A stretch of 64,000 nt of DNA from a virus, in the IMG/VR virus record IMGVR_UViG_3300037010_002844, positions 128,001-192,000 of that record. The stretch is one strand, 5' to 3'. The notes under the pieces were generated by a model. The model had not been told where the DNA came from. It searched no databases and saw only the letters and a program-made list of their open reading frames with translations. The translations under genes and the position numbers were made by a program. Shown here piece after piece: positions 1-9,054 of the stretch. Within the stretch, counting starts at the first letter, position 1. Every line of letters begins with the position of its first letter.

Positions 1-3000
1 TTCTCAAAGAACCAAGCAACTTCGTTGATGACTTCAGCCATGGCAAAGCCCTTGCCGTGGATGTCGCCGCCTTTGGCATCACCCGTCAATGACGTGATGA
101 TGCCGGGAATCATACCTACGATGTCCATCAATGACTTGAAGACATCGATGCCTTGTTTCAAGGACTCGGGCTTGGTACCCTTCTGAAGATTTTCGATGCC
201 CATTTTGAGGCTATCGAACAGGAAGGGCATCTTCTCGTTGATCGAGGTGAAGATCTTTGGAACGATGTCACCAATCTTGTCAATGAAAGTAACCACGTTG
301 AGGTTGGGCACCTTGGCCTGTGCTAGTTGCGAGCTCTGCGCCGTGATCGCCTGGACCATGATGAACATCTGCTGCAACAGCGGGCCGATAAACTTCGTGG
401 CAGCGGCGTCAGAATCACTAAAGTGCCAACTCGACATTGTCTGCAGCAGGGGTTCGATGGCACTGATGATAGCAGGAATCACCTTTGACAAACCGTCAGA
501 AATTTGAGTAACGTAGGCACCCAGGGCCTGCATGTTTTCAGGCTTCAGGTTCTTGTCGTCACCGTGTGCAATGATGTTACCAGTGACATCCTTCAACGCC
601 TCGATGGCGTTGGGTGAAGGTGACATGGCCTGTGCAATTGACACCACTGAACCCAGCAACTGACCCACAGCCGCCGAGGCCTTGAGTTGACTCTCGTTGA
701 GTCCACCTTGCACGAGAGGCATGACCTTTTCGACGAAAACGTTAATCAGACGTTCAACGTTCTTTGCCGTGTCACCTGCGTACTGCGTCACCTTATCGAT
801 GGCCTTGTGCACGTCCTCGCCGGTTGTCCACATGCTGTCGACGGACTCGAACAGCTTGTCAGGTGGCTTCATGGCGTTTGCCAGGCTGCCCATTGCGTTC
901 AAGATCTCAGCAAATGCCTTGGCAGCCTCGAGCATCTCAGGGCCGCCAGAGACTAGAGCCTGCAACGTCTTGGTGATCGTCTCAATGATGCCGATGATGC
1001 CGGACCCGCCAGGTTGGCCGATCATCGCCTTCATCATCTCAGTGACGCTATGGATTCGCTCGACGGTGTCATCCTTGCCACTGAGCAACGTGATGAACGA
1101 CGGCTTGACGGCCTCCAAAATGGCAGCGATGTTCTTGCCAAAGTTGGTGATCGAGTCCATGATCTTGGTGAAGGCGTCGACCTTCTCCTTGAAGCCCTGG
1201 CCCATTGGCACCTCATTGAGCTTCTTCATGATCTCGATAGCGGCTTCACCCATGACAGCTACTGCCGCGACCAACGCTGTCATGCCAGCGGCCAACGCAA
1301 TCGCGCCGAGGCCCGATGTTGACATGATGATAGCACCGATGCCCATGGCAGCGAGGGTGACGAGGCTGACAGCCAGGAACACCTTCGACAGTTCCCACAA
1401 GACGTCGACGACATTCTTCATGCGATTGATGTCAACGCCCTTGAGAGCCAAATAGACGAGGCCCATAATGCCAACCATCGCAAGCAAAGCTAGACCCACC
1501 GCAAGCAGACCGCTGCCCGTGTTGGCATCAACATTGACCTTCGAGACGATCTTCAACGCAAGTGCTGCTGGAACCATAGCCAACGCAGCAAGGCCCACTG
1601 TCTTCAGGCCTTCGATCAATTCAGCGTCTTTGATGTTGAACTTACGAATGAGAATGATCGCGGCGAAGACGGCGACCATGCCGATGAGGATAACGCCGGC
1701 AACTGCCAACAAGAACGTTTTGACCTTGGCCCAGTTGATGCCAGTGCCACCTTTTTCAGCTGCCTGACCGGCCTTGATGATCTCTTCTGACTTGCCTGCG
1801 CTGGGTAGCGGTGAACCTGGGGCCTCAGGCGCTGACTTGACTGTGCCGGCTGCCTCCGCGATCTTCGGACCGAACTTCTTGAAGATAGCACCCGCACCTG
1901 CGATGAAGCCCTTACCCAGTGCGGTGGTCAATGCGGCCAGCGCGGCTCGCGTCAGTGCAGGTCCAAACAGCGTTCCCGCCAACATTGGAATGAACGGCTT
2001 GACGGCTGGTAGAACAGTGTTCTGGAGGAAGTTAAGGACCTTGCCACCCAATACTTTGAGCAGGTCCCAAATTGCAGGTGCTAGGACCTTCCACGCGTGC
2101 TTTAGGCCTTCCGCGATGGGTGCCAACAGGTCTCCCAGGAATCCCAAAGCGCCAGAGCCCCCGGGCACGCCCAACTCGACCTTGCCCGTGATGACGTCAG
2201 TGATCCAGACGATGACGTCCTTCATCTTGTCGGAGATCCACTTGATGGCCTCACCCAGCATCTTGCTAATCGTGAGGAAGAACTCCTTGAAGCCGTTGAG
2301 CACCCGCTTGCCAGCGCCCTCACTCTTGTTGAAGAAATCGAAGAACTTCTCTTTGAGGTTGTCCATCAACTTCGAGAACGAGTATTCGCCCTTGGTGAAG
2401 CCCTTGAAGAACTTGATCAGCTCATCAGTGATTCCATTGAACAGTGCGCCGAACTTCTTCGGACTGAAGAGCTCCGCGATTCCACCAAGAATATCCTTGA
2501 CGCCAGGGAAGGCCTCAACGAAGGCCTTCCCTAGCCTGACGCCAGCCTGTTCGACCAACAACATGCCACGTTTGATGTTCCAGATGATATCACGGAACTC
2601 CTTGGAGGCCTGAATGCCACCCAAGAACCCATGGAAGAATCTATCGAAGAAGCCCCCCTGCATGCTGGAGCCGCCTGCCATCACGATGCGCTCAATCGAG
2701 TCGGCCAACTTCTCCATGGCTTCGGCCTGGCTCAACTGCTTCTTCTCGGCCTGCTCGCTCTTCTTCTTGATGTCATCCAGGGACGCGCCTTGGTTCTTCA
2801 TCGAGAAGGCCATCTGCGCTGTCTTCTCATCGAGGCCCGTGGTCGAGGCCAACAACTTCTTCTGCTGACGATTGAATTGGGATGCATCAACACCGGCGGC
2901 AGCGAACTGCTTGCGGAGCATCTCGATCTGCGTCGCGGGATCCTGTGCCTCCATCAACTTGAAAGCATCGACGGAAATGCCAAAGGCTTGCGACAGCTTG

Positions 3001-4235
3001 GCAGCATTTTCAGCCGCTGAGTCGAACGTCTCGAAGGCATCAAGTATGCCGGTGATCTTGTCGAGCTCGAGGCCCAGCTTGCGGGCATAGACCGATGCTT
3101 GACCGATCTCCTTGACGGTGGCACCCGCAAAGTGCTTCACGTCGTTCATGGCCTTGACCATGTCCCGTGAGATGTGCTTCGAAGCAATGCCAAACTGCTT
3201 GCCCAGGTCCATCGCCTGCTTCTGGATGGGCATCAACTGGTCTGCCATCGTGGTACCAAAGATCTTGGCACGAGCGCCGATGGTTCCCATCATCTCGCCG
3301 CTGAGACCGAGGCCTTTCTGCCAGGCCAGCAAGGCACCACCATTATCGTGGAACTCCTGTGCGAAGTTCTCAAAGGTCGGGCCCATCTCCTGCGACAGCT
3401 TCAGGAATTCCTCGAGGCGGTGAGCCATGTCGCCGAAGACGCGCCAGGCTGACAGGCCCGTGTCAGAGAAACCCTTCAATTCTGTTGCCATCGCAAAGAT
3501 GGCCTTGGGCCCCGTCTGATCGAGGGCTCCAAACTCCTTACGAATGTTCTCGATGGCCTGTAGCAGCTCATTAGAGCCGCCCGCCGCATTGTTGGCGATG
3601 TCGACCAGGCCCTTGAACATCTTGAATGGAATCGCGATGATCGCGCCCGCGATGTTAACCAACGAATCGAGTAGGCCTCCCAAGAAGCCCATCAGGCCCT
3701 TGCCGATGGCCATGACGTTCTTGATGCCCTGTTTGAATCCCGAGATCGCGGCGGCCGAGATCGCCCAAGATGTTGGGAACTTCTTGGACAGGTAGTCGCC
3801 CAACTTCTGCAGCTGCTTGAGCAGCAACTTGGAGACCCCACCGGGCTCCTCGAGGGCCCTCAAGAAATCATCCATTTTCGTCTGGTTGACTCCCTGCGCG
3901 GCCTGTTGCGTTTCTTTCATGCGGCCAGTCAAGGCCTGAACGGAGGTCCCAGCAGTGGCCGCCTTCTTACCCAGTTCATCCAGGGTCGCCTGCTGCGTCT
4001 TGGACAGATCACCCATCTTGTCAATCAGGATCTTGAGACTCTGAGTGACCTGGTTCAGCTGGTTGACAGTCTCTCTGACATCGAGCGTGCCCATGGCCGC
4101 CGCGAGCTGCTTCATCGACTCAACCTGAGTCGCCTGAGCATCGTCGATCTTGTTAGACGCCGCGGCCATGCGGTCCATCAGGGCCGCCATCTTTGTCGCG
4201 ATGTCTAGTTGTTCTTTGTCAATAGGCCCTGCCAT
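1..4235 (-). CDS. tail tape-measure protein (partial; continues beyond window start), functional analogue of T4 gp29
   Basis: Minus-strand frame is open from an ATG at 4235..4233 to the window edge (>1400 codons), with a GAGGTGA Shine-Dalgarno-like sequence 5-6 nt upstream. It is absent from the ORF track because there is no in-window stop. Translation begins MAGPIDKEQLDIATKMAALMDRMAAASNKIDDAQ... The protein is Ala/Gly/Leu/Lys-rich and helical, with hydrophobic segments (e.g. VAGVILIGMVAVFAAIILI). It sits downstream of the sheath/tube/small-ORF block, as in myovirus tail modules. The frame was checked by hand only at several points, not end to end. Confidence 0.6.
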   Translation of the reverse strand, partial: MAGPIDKEQLDIATKMAALMDRMAAASNKIDDAQATQVESMKQLAAAMGTLDVRETVNQLNQVTQSLKILIDKMGDLSKTQQATLDELGKKAATAGTSVQALTGRMKETQQAAQGVNQTKMDDFLRALEEPGGVSKLLLKQLQKLGDYLSKKFPTSWAISAAAISGFKQGIKNVMAIGKGLMGFLGGLLDSLVNIAGAIIAIPFKMFKGLVDIANNAAGGSNELLQAIENIRKEFGALDQTGPKAIFAMATELKGFSDTGLSAWRVFGDMAHRLEEFLKLSQEMGPTFENFAQEFHDNGGALLAWQKGLGLSGEMMGTIGARAKIFGTTMADQLMPIQKQAMDLGKQFGIASKHISRDMVKAMNDVKHFAGATVKEIGQASVYARKLGLELDKITGILDAFETFDSAAENAAKLSQAFGISVDAFKLMEAQDPATQIEMLRKQFAAAGVDASQFNRQQKKLLASTTGLDEKTAQMAFSMKNQGASLDDIKKKSEQAEKKQLSQAEAMEKLADSIERIVMAGGSSMQGGFFDRFFHGFLGGIQASKEFRDIIWNIKRGMLLVEQAGVRLGKAFVEAFPGVKDILGGIAELFSPKKFGALFNGITDELIKFFKGFTKGEYSFSKLMDNLKEKFFDFFNKSEGAGKRVLNGFKEFFLTISKMLGEAIKWISDKMKDVIVWITDVITGKVELGVPGGSGALGFLGDLLAPIAEGLKHAWKVLAPAIWDLLKVLGGKVLNFLQNTVLPAVKPFIPMLAGTLFGPALTRAALAALTTALGKGFIAGAGAIFKKFGPKIAEAAGTVKSAPEAPGSPLPSAGKSEEIIKAGQAAEKGGTGINWAKVKTFLLAVAGVILIGMVAVFAAIILIRKFNIKDAELIEGLKTVGLAALAMVPAALALKIVSKVNVDANTGSGLLAVGLALLAMVGIMGLVYLALKGVDINRMKNVVDVLWELSKVFLAVSLVTLAAMGIGAIIMSTSGLGAIALAAGMTALVAAVAVMGEAAIEIMKKLNEVPMGQGFKEKVDAFTKIMDSITNFGKNIAAILEAVKPSFITLLSGKDDTVERIHSVTEMMKAMIGQPGGSGIIGIIETITKTLQALVSGGPEMLEAAKAFAEILNAMGSLANAMKPPDKLFESVDSMWTTGEDVHKAIDKVTQYAGDTAKNVERLINVFVEKVMPLVQGGLNESQLKASAAVGQLLGSVVSIAQAMSPSPNAIEALKDVTGNIIAHGDDKNLKPENMQALGAYVTQISDGLSKVIPAIISAIEPLLQTMSSWHFSDSDAAATKFIGPLLQQMFIMVQAITAQSSQLAQAKVPNLNVVTFIDKIGDIVPKIFTSINEKMPFLFDSLKMGIENLQKGTKPESLKQGIDVFKSLMDIVGMIPGIITSLTGDAKGGDIHGKGFAMAEVINEVAWFFE

Positions 4236-4243
4236 GGATCACC

Positions 4244-4957
4244 TCAGAGGGGCCAAGGCACGCCGAGAATGCGCTCGAACTCAGACGCTGTCATGTGCTT
4301 GACGCCGAGCTTCTGCATCACGCTCTCGACGGTGGCGCCTGGGCGGCGTAGTTCTTCCTGAAAGTTTCGGCTAGCCAGCATTGCATTGCTGACCGCGCGT
4401 ACTTGTTCGACGGTCCCGCGGATCTTAGTGTTGACAGCCTTACCGACAAGCCAGGCGCCCAGCGTGGTGAAGAAGATCTTCCCAAGCAGGTTGGTGTGAA
4501 GTTCGTTGATCGGCTGCTTTGATTCAATCGTCACGGATTTGGGGGCGTGCTTAGCTAGGTAGTCCCGAGCGCGATTTAGGATCCCAATATCGCGAGAGTT
4601 GCCTTCGCTCAAAAAGAGCTGTTCAGCCTCTTCAAACGTGACAGCGCGCACTTCCTCCATCTCGTAGTCGTGACCTCCCACCGGGCCCGTCCTGACCATC
4701 ATGAAGTAGTGCGTGATGCTGTACGATCCAATACCTGTTCCCAAGTTGCCATTCGGCAGCAACTTAGCCGGAACTCCGGCCTCTTCTTGGACCTCGCGGA
4801 GTGCCGTTGCCTCGATTCCCTCGCCGGGGTCAACTCGGCCCTTGGGAAAGCACCAAGGGCCGTAGTTGTTTGAGGGTTTACAAACGAAGACCCGATAAGG
4901 CTCTTCCATGTTGTCAAGAACCACACCGCCAGCAGATGTCCACTTGTCCTTCGGCAT
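4244..4957 (-). CDS. Nudix hydrolase
   Basis: Nudix box GRVDPGEGIEATALREVQEEAGV (Gx5Ex7REUxEEXGU pattern) lies in the N-terminal half. A ~100 aa C-terminal extension has no recognisable motif. The proposed promoter-like element is just upstream. Confidence 0.85.
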   Translation of the reverse strand: MPKDKWTSAGGVVLDNMEEPYRVFVCKPSNNYGPWCFPKGRVDPGEGIEATALREVQEEAGVPAKLLPNGNLGTGIGSYSITHYFMMVRTGPVGGHDYEMEEVRAVTFEEAEQLFLSEGNSRDIGILNRARDYLAKHAPKSVTIESKQPINELHTNLLGKIFFTTLGAWLVGKAVNTKIRGTVEQVRAVSNAMLASRNFQEELRRPGATVESVMQKLGVKHMTASEFERILGVPWPL

Positions 4958-4975
4958 GGTTGTAAGTAGGCACGT

Positions 4976-5206
4976 TCAGGTGAATCGCCTCAGTCTCGAG
5001 GGCACCTGACTTCGCGCCTTGTTCTGCATTGACCTGATCTCAGGCGTGTTCTGATGCAAGGCCTTGGTCAACGGTTGCGGGTTGTCGCTGCCGTCTGTGT
5101 TCCCCTTGTTCAACTCTTTGACGATCCTCTCGATGAACCAGCGCTTGTACGCCACCGGGAGGTCATAGACCTCCCGATAGAGGAAGCCCCCGTAGTACAT
5201 CAACAA
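4976..5206 (-). CDS. hypothetical protein
   Basis: 76-aa ORF in the co-oriented gene array between the zinc-ribbon protein and the Nudix gene. No motif recognised. Confidence 0.3.
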   Translation of the reverse strand: MLMYYGGFLYREVYDLPVAYKRWFIERIVKELNKGNTDGSDNPQPLTKALHQNTPEIRSMQNKARSQVPSRLRRFT

Positions 5207-5237
5207 GAACGTCGGCTCTAGGATGAGCTGGACTTTG

Positions 5238-6164
5238 TCACTTGGCTGCAGGCCAAAGAAACGTCACACCCAGCGGCATCCCGACCTCCTCGGAGTGACC
5301 GCACGAAGGACACGAGGTCTCCTGCTTCATCACGATGCCAGGTTCATTGTCGCGAATGTAGTTACGCAGTGCTAGCGAATCACGAGCCGGCATCATGCGA
5401 ACGAAGGCCGCGATCTTGGCGCGGTCTTCGACTCCGTCGATCGAAACAATGCTGTACAGCAAGTTCGTCGTCACGCCGGCCTCGGTCGACAGGCCCAACT
5501 TCTTCTGCTTCTCAGCAGTCGACAGCATCTCTTCCTCATCGCGGCCTGACAGGAAGCGGAAACGAACAGTCTTCTTGCTGTAGGGCAACGTGAACTCGAA
5601 GAGATTCATGCCTTCGGCAACGGGTTCGATCTCTAGACGACGTAGAGGCAGCGCCGCCAAGTTGAACTGGTGAGGTGCCTTGGTCTGACACTCCGGACAC
5701 TCGATCTCGGCGTCGTATTCAGCACCGTAACCGGTGATGCGGACGGCAACCATCAGCGCATTGCGGTCACCGATCAACAGATCACGGGGATCGATGCGCT
5801 TGTCGATCAAGCACGACTTGATCAGTTCCGTGATGACGGTGCCCTTCTTCAACAGAGCCTTGCTCGTCAGGATGTCCTCCTCACGGGCCGTCATGGCACG
5901 AATCTCGACAGTCTCAAGACCGTGCAATGGAGAATCAACGGGGTAGGTCGCGCCGTTTGACGGCAGCGGGACGGTCTCGACTGGGATCTCTAGGCCAAAG
6001 TCTTGTTTAGCCTGAGCCTGTGTCGTTGTCTGGGGAATCCGAGGATCAACGCCGGCGGCGCCCTTGAAGATTTCGTTTCGCTGTTCACGCTGTTCTGACA
6101 TTTGTGGTCCCTTGTGTGGTGATCTTACCCTCCTGTCACCACTGCGTAAATAGGGACCTGGCAC
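5238..6164 (-). CDS. hypothetical protein with two CxxC zinc-ribbon motifs (possible baseplate-hub/tail assembly protein)
   Basis: Contains CPECQ ... CPSCGH pairs ~115 aa apart. Lies between tube and tape-measure genes. The true start is possibly the internal Met of MSEQREQRNEIF. Function is inferred from position only. Confidence 0.45.
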   Translation of the reverse strand: MPGPYLRSGDRRVRSPHKGPQMSEQREQRNEIFKGAAGVDPRIPQTTTQAQAKQDFGLEIPVETVPLPSNGATYPVDSPLHGLETVEIRAMTAREEDILTSKALLKKGTVITELIKSCLIDKRIDPRDLLIGDRNALMVAVRITGYGAEYDAEIECPECQTKAPHQFNLAALPLRRLEIEPVAEGMNLFEFTLPYSKKTVRFRFLSGRDEEEMLSTAEKQKKLGLSTEAGVTTNLLYSIVSIDGVEDRAKIAAFVRMMPARDSLALRNYIRDNEPGIVMKQETSCPSCGHSEEVGMPLGVTFLWPAAK

Positions 6165-6177
6165 ACGTGTCGGCCGT

Positions 6178-6522
6178 CTATGGCATGTGAGCCAATTTGA
6201 CGGACGACGGACCGATCAAGACAAAGACGTTGGCGCCCGTCACTCCATCGACCCTCGCAATCTCTTCTTTGGTCGCCCGGCGAATGAGGCCCTCGTGGAC
6301 CAGGTCGTCAACGTATGACTCAGTTCGAGGAAGATTGAAGCCGATCTCGAGCGAGATTTCACCCAAATAGACGGGGCGGGATACCTTGTGGAAGTATCTG
6401 ATGATTTTTCCTGCCACCTCTTGAGGTGTCGGCCCGATGTGCCTTTTAACCCAAGTTGGCATTTTCAGGCTCCCCATGCCGTGCAGCTCTGCTCGACCTT
6501 GATCCATGAGTTCATGGTACAC
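6178..6522 (-). CDS. hypothetical protein (possible tail assembly chaperone by position)
   Basis: 114-aa ORF, co-oriented, between tube and tape-measure genes. No motif recognised. Confidence 0.35.
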   Translation of the reverse strand: MYHELMDQGRAELHGMGSLKMPTWVKRHIGPTPQEVAGKIIRYFHKVSRPVYLGEISLEIGFNLPRTESYVDDLVHEGLIRRATKEEIARVDGVTGANVFVLIGPSSVKLAHMP

Positions 6523-6547
6523 CTCCCGCCCGCGGGCTTACATACGG

Positions 6548-6853
6548 TCAGTTGCGGTAACGTACCTTTGGCGGGACGGCCTTGAGCTGGTCGACAAAGT
6601 CCCACCGCCTGTCAATTTCCTGCTCAAACTCGAGGGGCGACCAACCAGAGGCCCGCAGGACTTCCTCATACTCCCTGTCGTACTCGTGCTGTGACAGTTC
6701 ACCCGACTGGTATCGCACGGCTAGATCGTCGAGGATTGGTGCCATCTCATCGTAAGGCATCTTCCGCGGTACGCTCGCGAGGTGTTCCTTGACCAGTGCC
6801 TTGATGAGGTGTCTGAAGCGCAGCATGATCGTAAATAGCACGAAGGCCCCCAA
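6548..6853 (-). CDS. hypothetical protein (possible tail assembly chaperone by position)
   Basis: 101-aa ORF directly downstream of the tube-gene region. No motif recognised. Confidence 0.35.
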   Translation of the reverse strand: MGAFVLFTIMLRFRHLIKALVKEHLASVPRKMPYDEMAPILDDLAVRYQSGELSQHEYDREYEEVLRASGWSPLEFEQEIDRRWDFVDQLKAVPPKVRYRN

Positions 6854-7411
6854 TATAGGAGCCCTCGCCAGAAAGATCGTCGCCTTTGCGGTGACAGGAG
6901 AATCGACGATCCCTGATGTCTTTAACTATGGTGATGTGCCAGCTCATGACAGTCGGAACTCAGGACGATGCCGGAGACCTCATGGGCAGCATGATAATCA
7001 GCAACCCAATGGACGTAAGCTTGATGGGTTACGAAGTCTTCCGTCACATCGCCCAAGATCTCCCGGGCTTTCTGGAGAACCTCCACAAAGCGTTCCTTGG
7101 TTGTGCCCCCAATTATTCTTCACTCGTGAATGATGACCATGGACATACTTAGCGAAACCGGTCTGCAACGTCCAGAATTTAGGAATTTGACCGCACCCAC
7201 AAGCGCACTCTGGCTACACGTTCTTGCAAAAGAGAGCAACATAAAGATCACGCGACGTAAGTTTGTGTTTCTTTTGGCAATGGATTCGAAGTGAATCGAG
7301 GTTGTCGATTTCATAATCCGCGCACTTAGGACACTTAAACGAGGAAGGGTCCATCGGCAGCATTGTACCATGGACCCATAACCTGTATCTTCGACAGAAG
7401 TCGAAAGCGAT

Positions 7412-7903
7412 TTAGAATTGCAGGCACGCGTTGTCGAAGCGCAGTGTTAGGCTGATCTCAGCCGGGCCGCCGTCTTCATACGTCAGTTCACCGAAGTTGA
7501 CCTCGGTGCAGAATGCACCCTTGATGTCCCAAAGTTCCACGACGGTGCCCACGGGATCCAGCAGCTTCAACTGGACGTCACGCTTGTAGAAGTCAGCGTA
7601 ACCAGCACGGCCCGAGACGCTCTCGTAGCACGTACGGATCCACTCCATCACCTGCTGCGCGCCGGACGGTGCAATCGGATCGTGCAACGTCACCGGAATG
7701 GTGTTGAACGTCGTCTTGCCGGCCAGGTAGCGGCGTGAATTGATGAATGGAATCTCGACCTCTTCGGTGGCCACCGTCGGTCGTGAGGTCGTCTTGATGA
7801 TGTAGGCGTCGAGGCCTTCGATCATGAGGACCCAACGGTTCTTGCGCTTCGGCTCGAACTTGTTGGGCAGCATCGATGTAACGTCAAGTGTCTCAGCTGG
7901 CAT
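7412..7903 (-). CDS. tail tube protein (T4 gp19-like)
   Basis: 163 aa, the same size as T4 gp19. It sits immediately downstream of the sheath genes. The C-terminal strand pattern ...ISLTLRFDNACLQF is of the same type as the sheath C-termini. AGGAGAA RBS. Confidence 0.7.
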   Translation of the reverse strand: MPAETLDVTSMLPNKFEPKRKNRWVLMIEGLDAYIIKTTSRPTVATEEVEIPFINSRRYLAGKTTFNTIPVTLHDPIAPSGAQQVMEWIRTCYESVSGRAGYADFYKRDVQLKLLDPVGTVVELWDIKGAFCTEVNFGELTYEDGGPAEISLTLRFDNACLQF

Positions 7904-7924
7904 GGTATTCTCCTGTCACCAACT

Positions 7925-7933
7925 CTAAATATT
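7925..7933 (-). promoter_or_regulatory. variant of conserved upstream element (gene orientation AATATTTAG) ahead of tube gene
   Basis: Reverse complement of ctaaatatt, about 25 nt upstream of the tube ATG. It matches the TAYTTA(C/G) core seen upstream of 10 other genes. Confidence 0.3.
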
Positions 7934-8088
7934 CGACCTTGTCAATTCATCCTCTATGACGTAGAGTGCGCGACTCGTTCTTTTGGACGTCGCCTTCAGC
8001 TTGGAAACACAACCACGAACTTCTGCCGTCTTGTTGAATGGGTCGCTGTGTAGACACATGATGACAACACGGGCCGCGCCTTCAGGTG

Positions 8089-8220
8089 CTAGCTGGTGAG
8101 CGATCTCAAGCTGCCTGTGACATTGTCCATCACGGCATCGAGGGCGCCGGCAAAGTCCTGTCGACCGGCCTCAAGTTTTTCGCGAATGATCCTTCTGATC
8201 TGTCCAATGGTTGCCTTCAT
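8089..8220 (-). CDS. small protein, member of MK(I/A)T..Q(L/I)R.IIRE family (43 aa; not in ORF track)
   Basis: ATG at 8220, TAG at 8091..8089. Translation: MKATIGQIRRIIREKLEAGRQDFAGALDAVMDNVTGSLRSLTS. The N-terminus aligns with the three upstream paralogs. Confidence 0.5.
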   Translation of the reverse strand: MKATIGQIRRIIREKLEAGRQDFAGALDAVMDNVTGSLRSLTS

Positions 8221-8221
8221 C

Positions 8222-8452
8222 TCAACCGCTCTTGCTCGGCTTCAGAAGCCCGACTTGAGACCCAAGAATGGCCCTCGAAAATTCTTCTTTTACTAGACGG
8301 TGTAGCTCCTGTTCGGTAATGCGAGATACACGCGGGTCGGACACAGACTCAGCGAGCGGTACGACCTCAGTGGGCACGAACCCCTCATCACGCAGCTGCA
8401 ATGCTGCCTCTCTGATCAGCTCGCGGAGCCTATTCGGAGAAATGAGTCGCAT
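8222..8452 (-). CDS. small protein, N-terminal motif family member (MRLISPNRLRELIREAALQ)
   Basis: 76 aa, in tandem with its paralogs between the sheath and tube genes. Confidence 0.55.
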   Translation of the reverse strand: MRLISPNRLRELIREAALQLRDEGFVPTEVVPLAESVSDPRVSRITEQELHRLVKEEFSRAILGSQVGLLKPSKSG

Positions 8453-8802
8453 CAGCCGTGCTTACCAACATGGGCCCAAGGATCCTTCGTCAAGGCCGTG
8501 CTTTGGGGATTGCCAAGCCACTTCATCACAGCATCGATGTTGGACTCGATCTGAGTGATTGCCCTCAATAGCTTCTGCGCCTTGTCCATGACGTCGCTGC
8601 CCGGGCCAGCATTCTGCAGCAACTCAGAGATCGCCTTCTTGGCACCCGCCTTGCCGAGCGCCTGTTTAGCAGACGATAGACTCCCGTGGAGCGCCTGCAG
8701 AGGAGCCTGGACCTTGCCTTGTTCCATCGTGATCTCGTCGAGCTCCTGCTCTTCAAGTGTCTCACGGATGATCTGACGGAGCTGCTTTTGGGTGATCTTC
8801 AT
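8452..8802 (-). CDS. small protein, N-terminal motif family member (MKITQKQLRQIIRETLEE)
   Basis: 116 aa. The N-terminal 16 aa are conserved with its paralogs and the C-terminus is divergent. Confidence 0.6.
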   Translation of the reverse strand: MKITQKQLRQIIRETLEEQELDEITMEQGKVQAPLQALHGSLSSAKQALGKAGAKKAISELLQNAGPGSDVMDKAQKLLRAITQIESNIDAVMKWLGNPQSTALTKDPWAHVGKHG

Positions 8803-8828
8803 CTGTTATTTCCCGCTGAATTTGACCA

Positions 8829-9041
8829 TCAGGGCGCGCGCGCGACAATGTCCTCAAATCGAGAACGCTCGAAAGGCCCGTCGCCCAGGGCTTCTGCAGT
8901 CTCAAACGTCATCCTGTTGACCATGTTCAAAACGCGAGACTTGAGCGTGGCCGCGAAGGCGGCCGACAGGGTGCTGATCAACTCAGCCCTGCCGGCTTCT
9001 TCCTTGATGATCTTACGCAGCTTTTGTGAAGTGATCTTCAC
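8829..9041 (-). CDS. small protein, N-terminal motif family member (MKITSQKLRKIIKEEAG)
   Basis: 70 aa, first of the tandem family, directly after the sheath gene. Confidence 0.6.
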   Translation of the reverse strand: MKITSQKLRKIIKEEAGRAELISTLSAAFAATLKSRVLNMVNRMTFETAEALGDGPFERSRFEDIVARAP

Positions 9042-9054
9042 TGTCAGCTCTCAA

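Noticed and set aside
697-3795. Series of plus-strand ORFs (697..1455, 1774..2613, 2631..3020, 3544..3795 and others) suggesting a frameshifted plus-strand gene
   Set aside because: They lie in different frames and are antisense to a single uninterrupted minus-strand reading frame (the tape-measure gene). They are typical GC-rich antisense ORFs.
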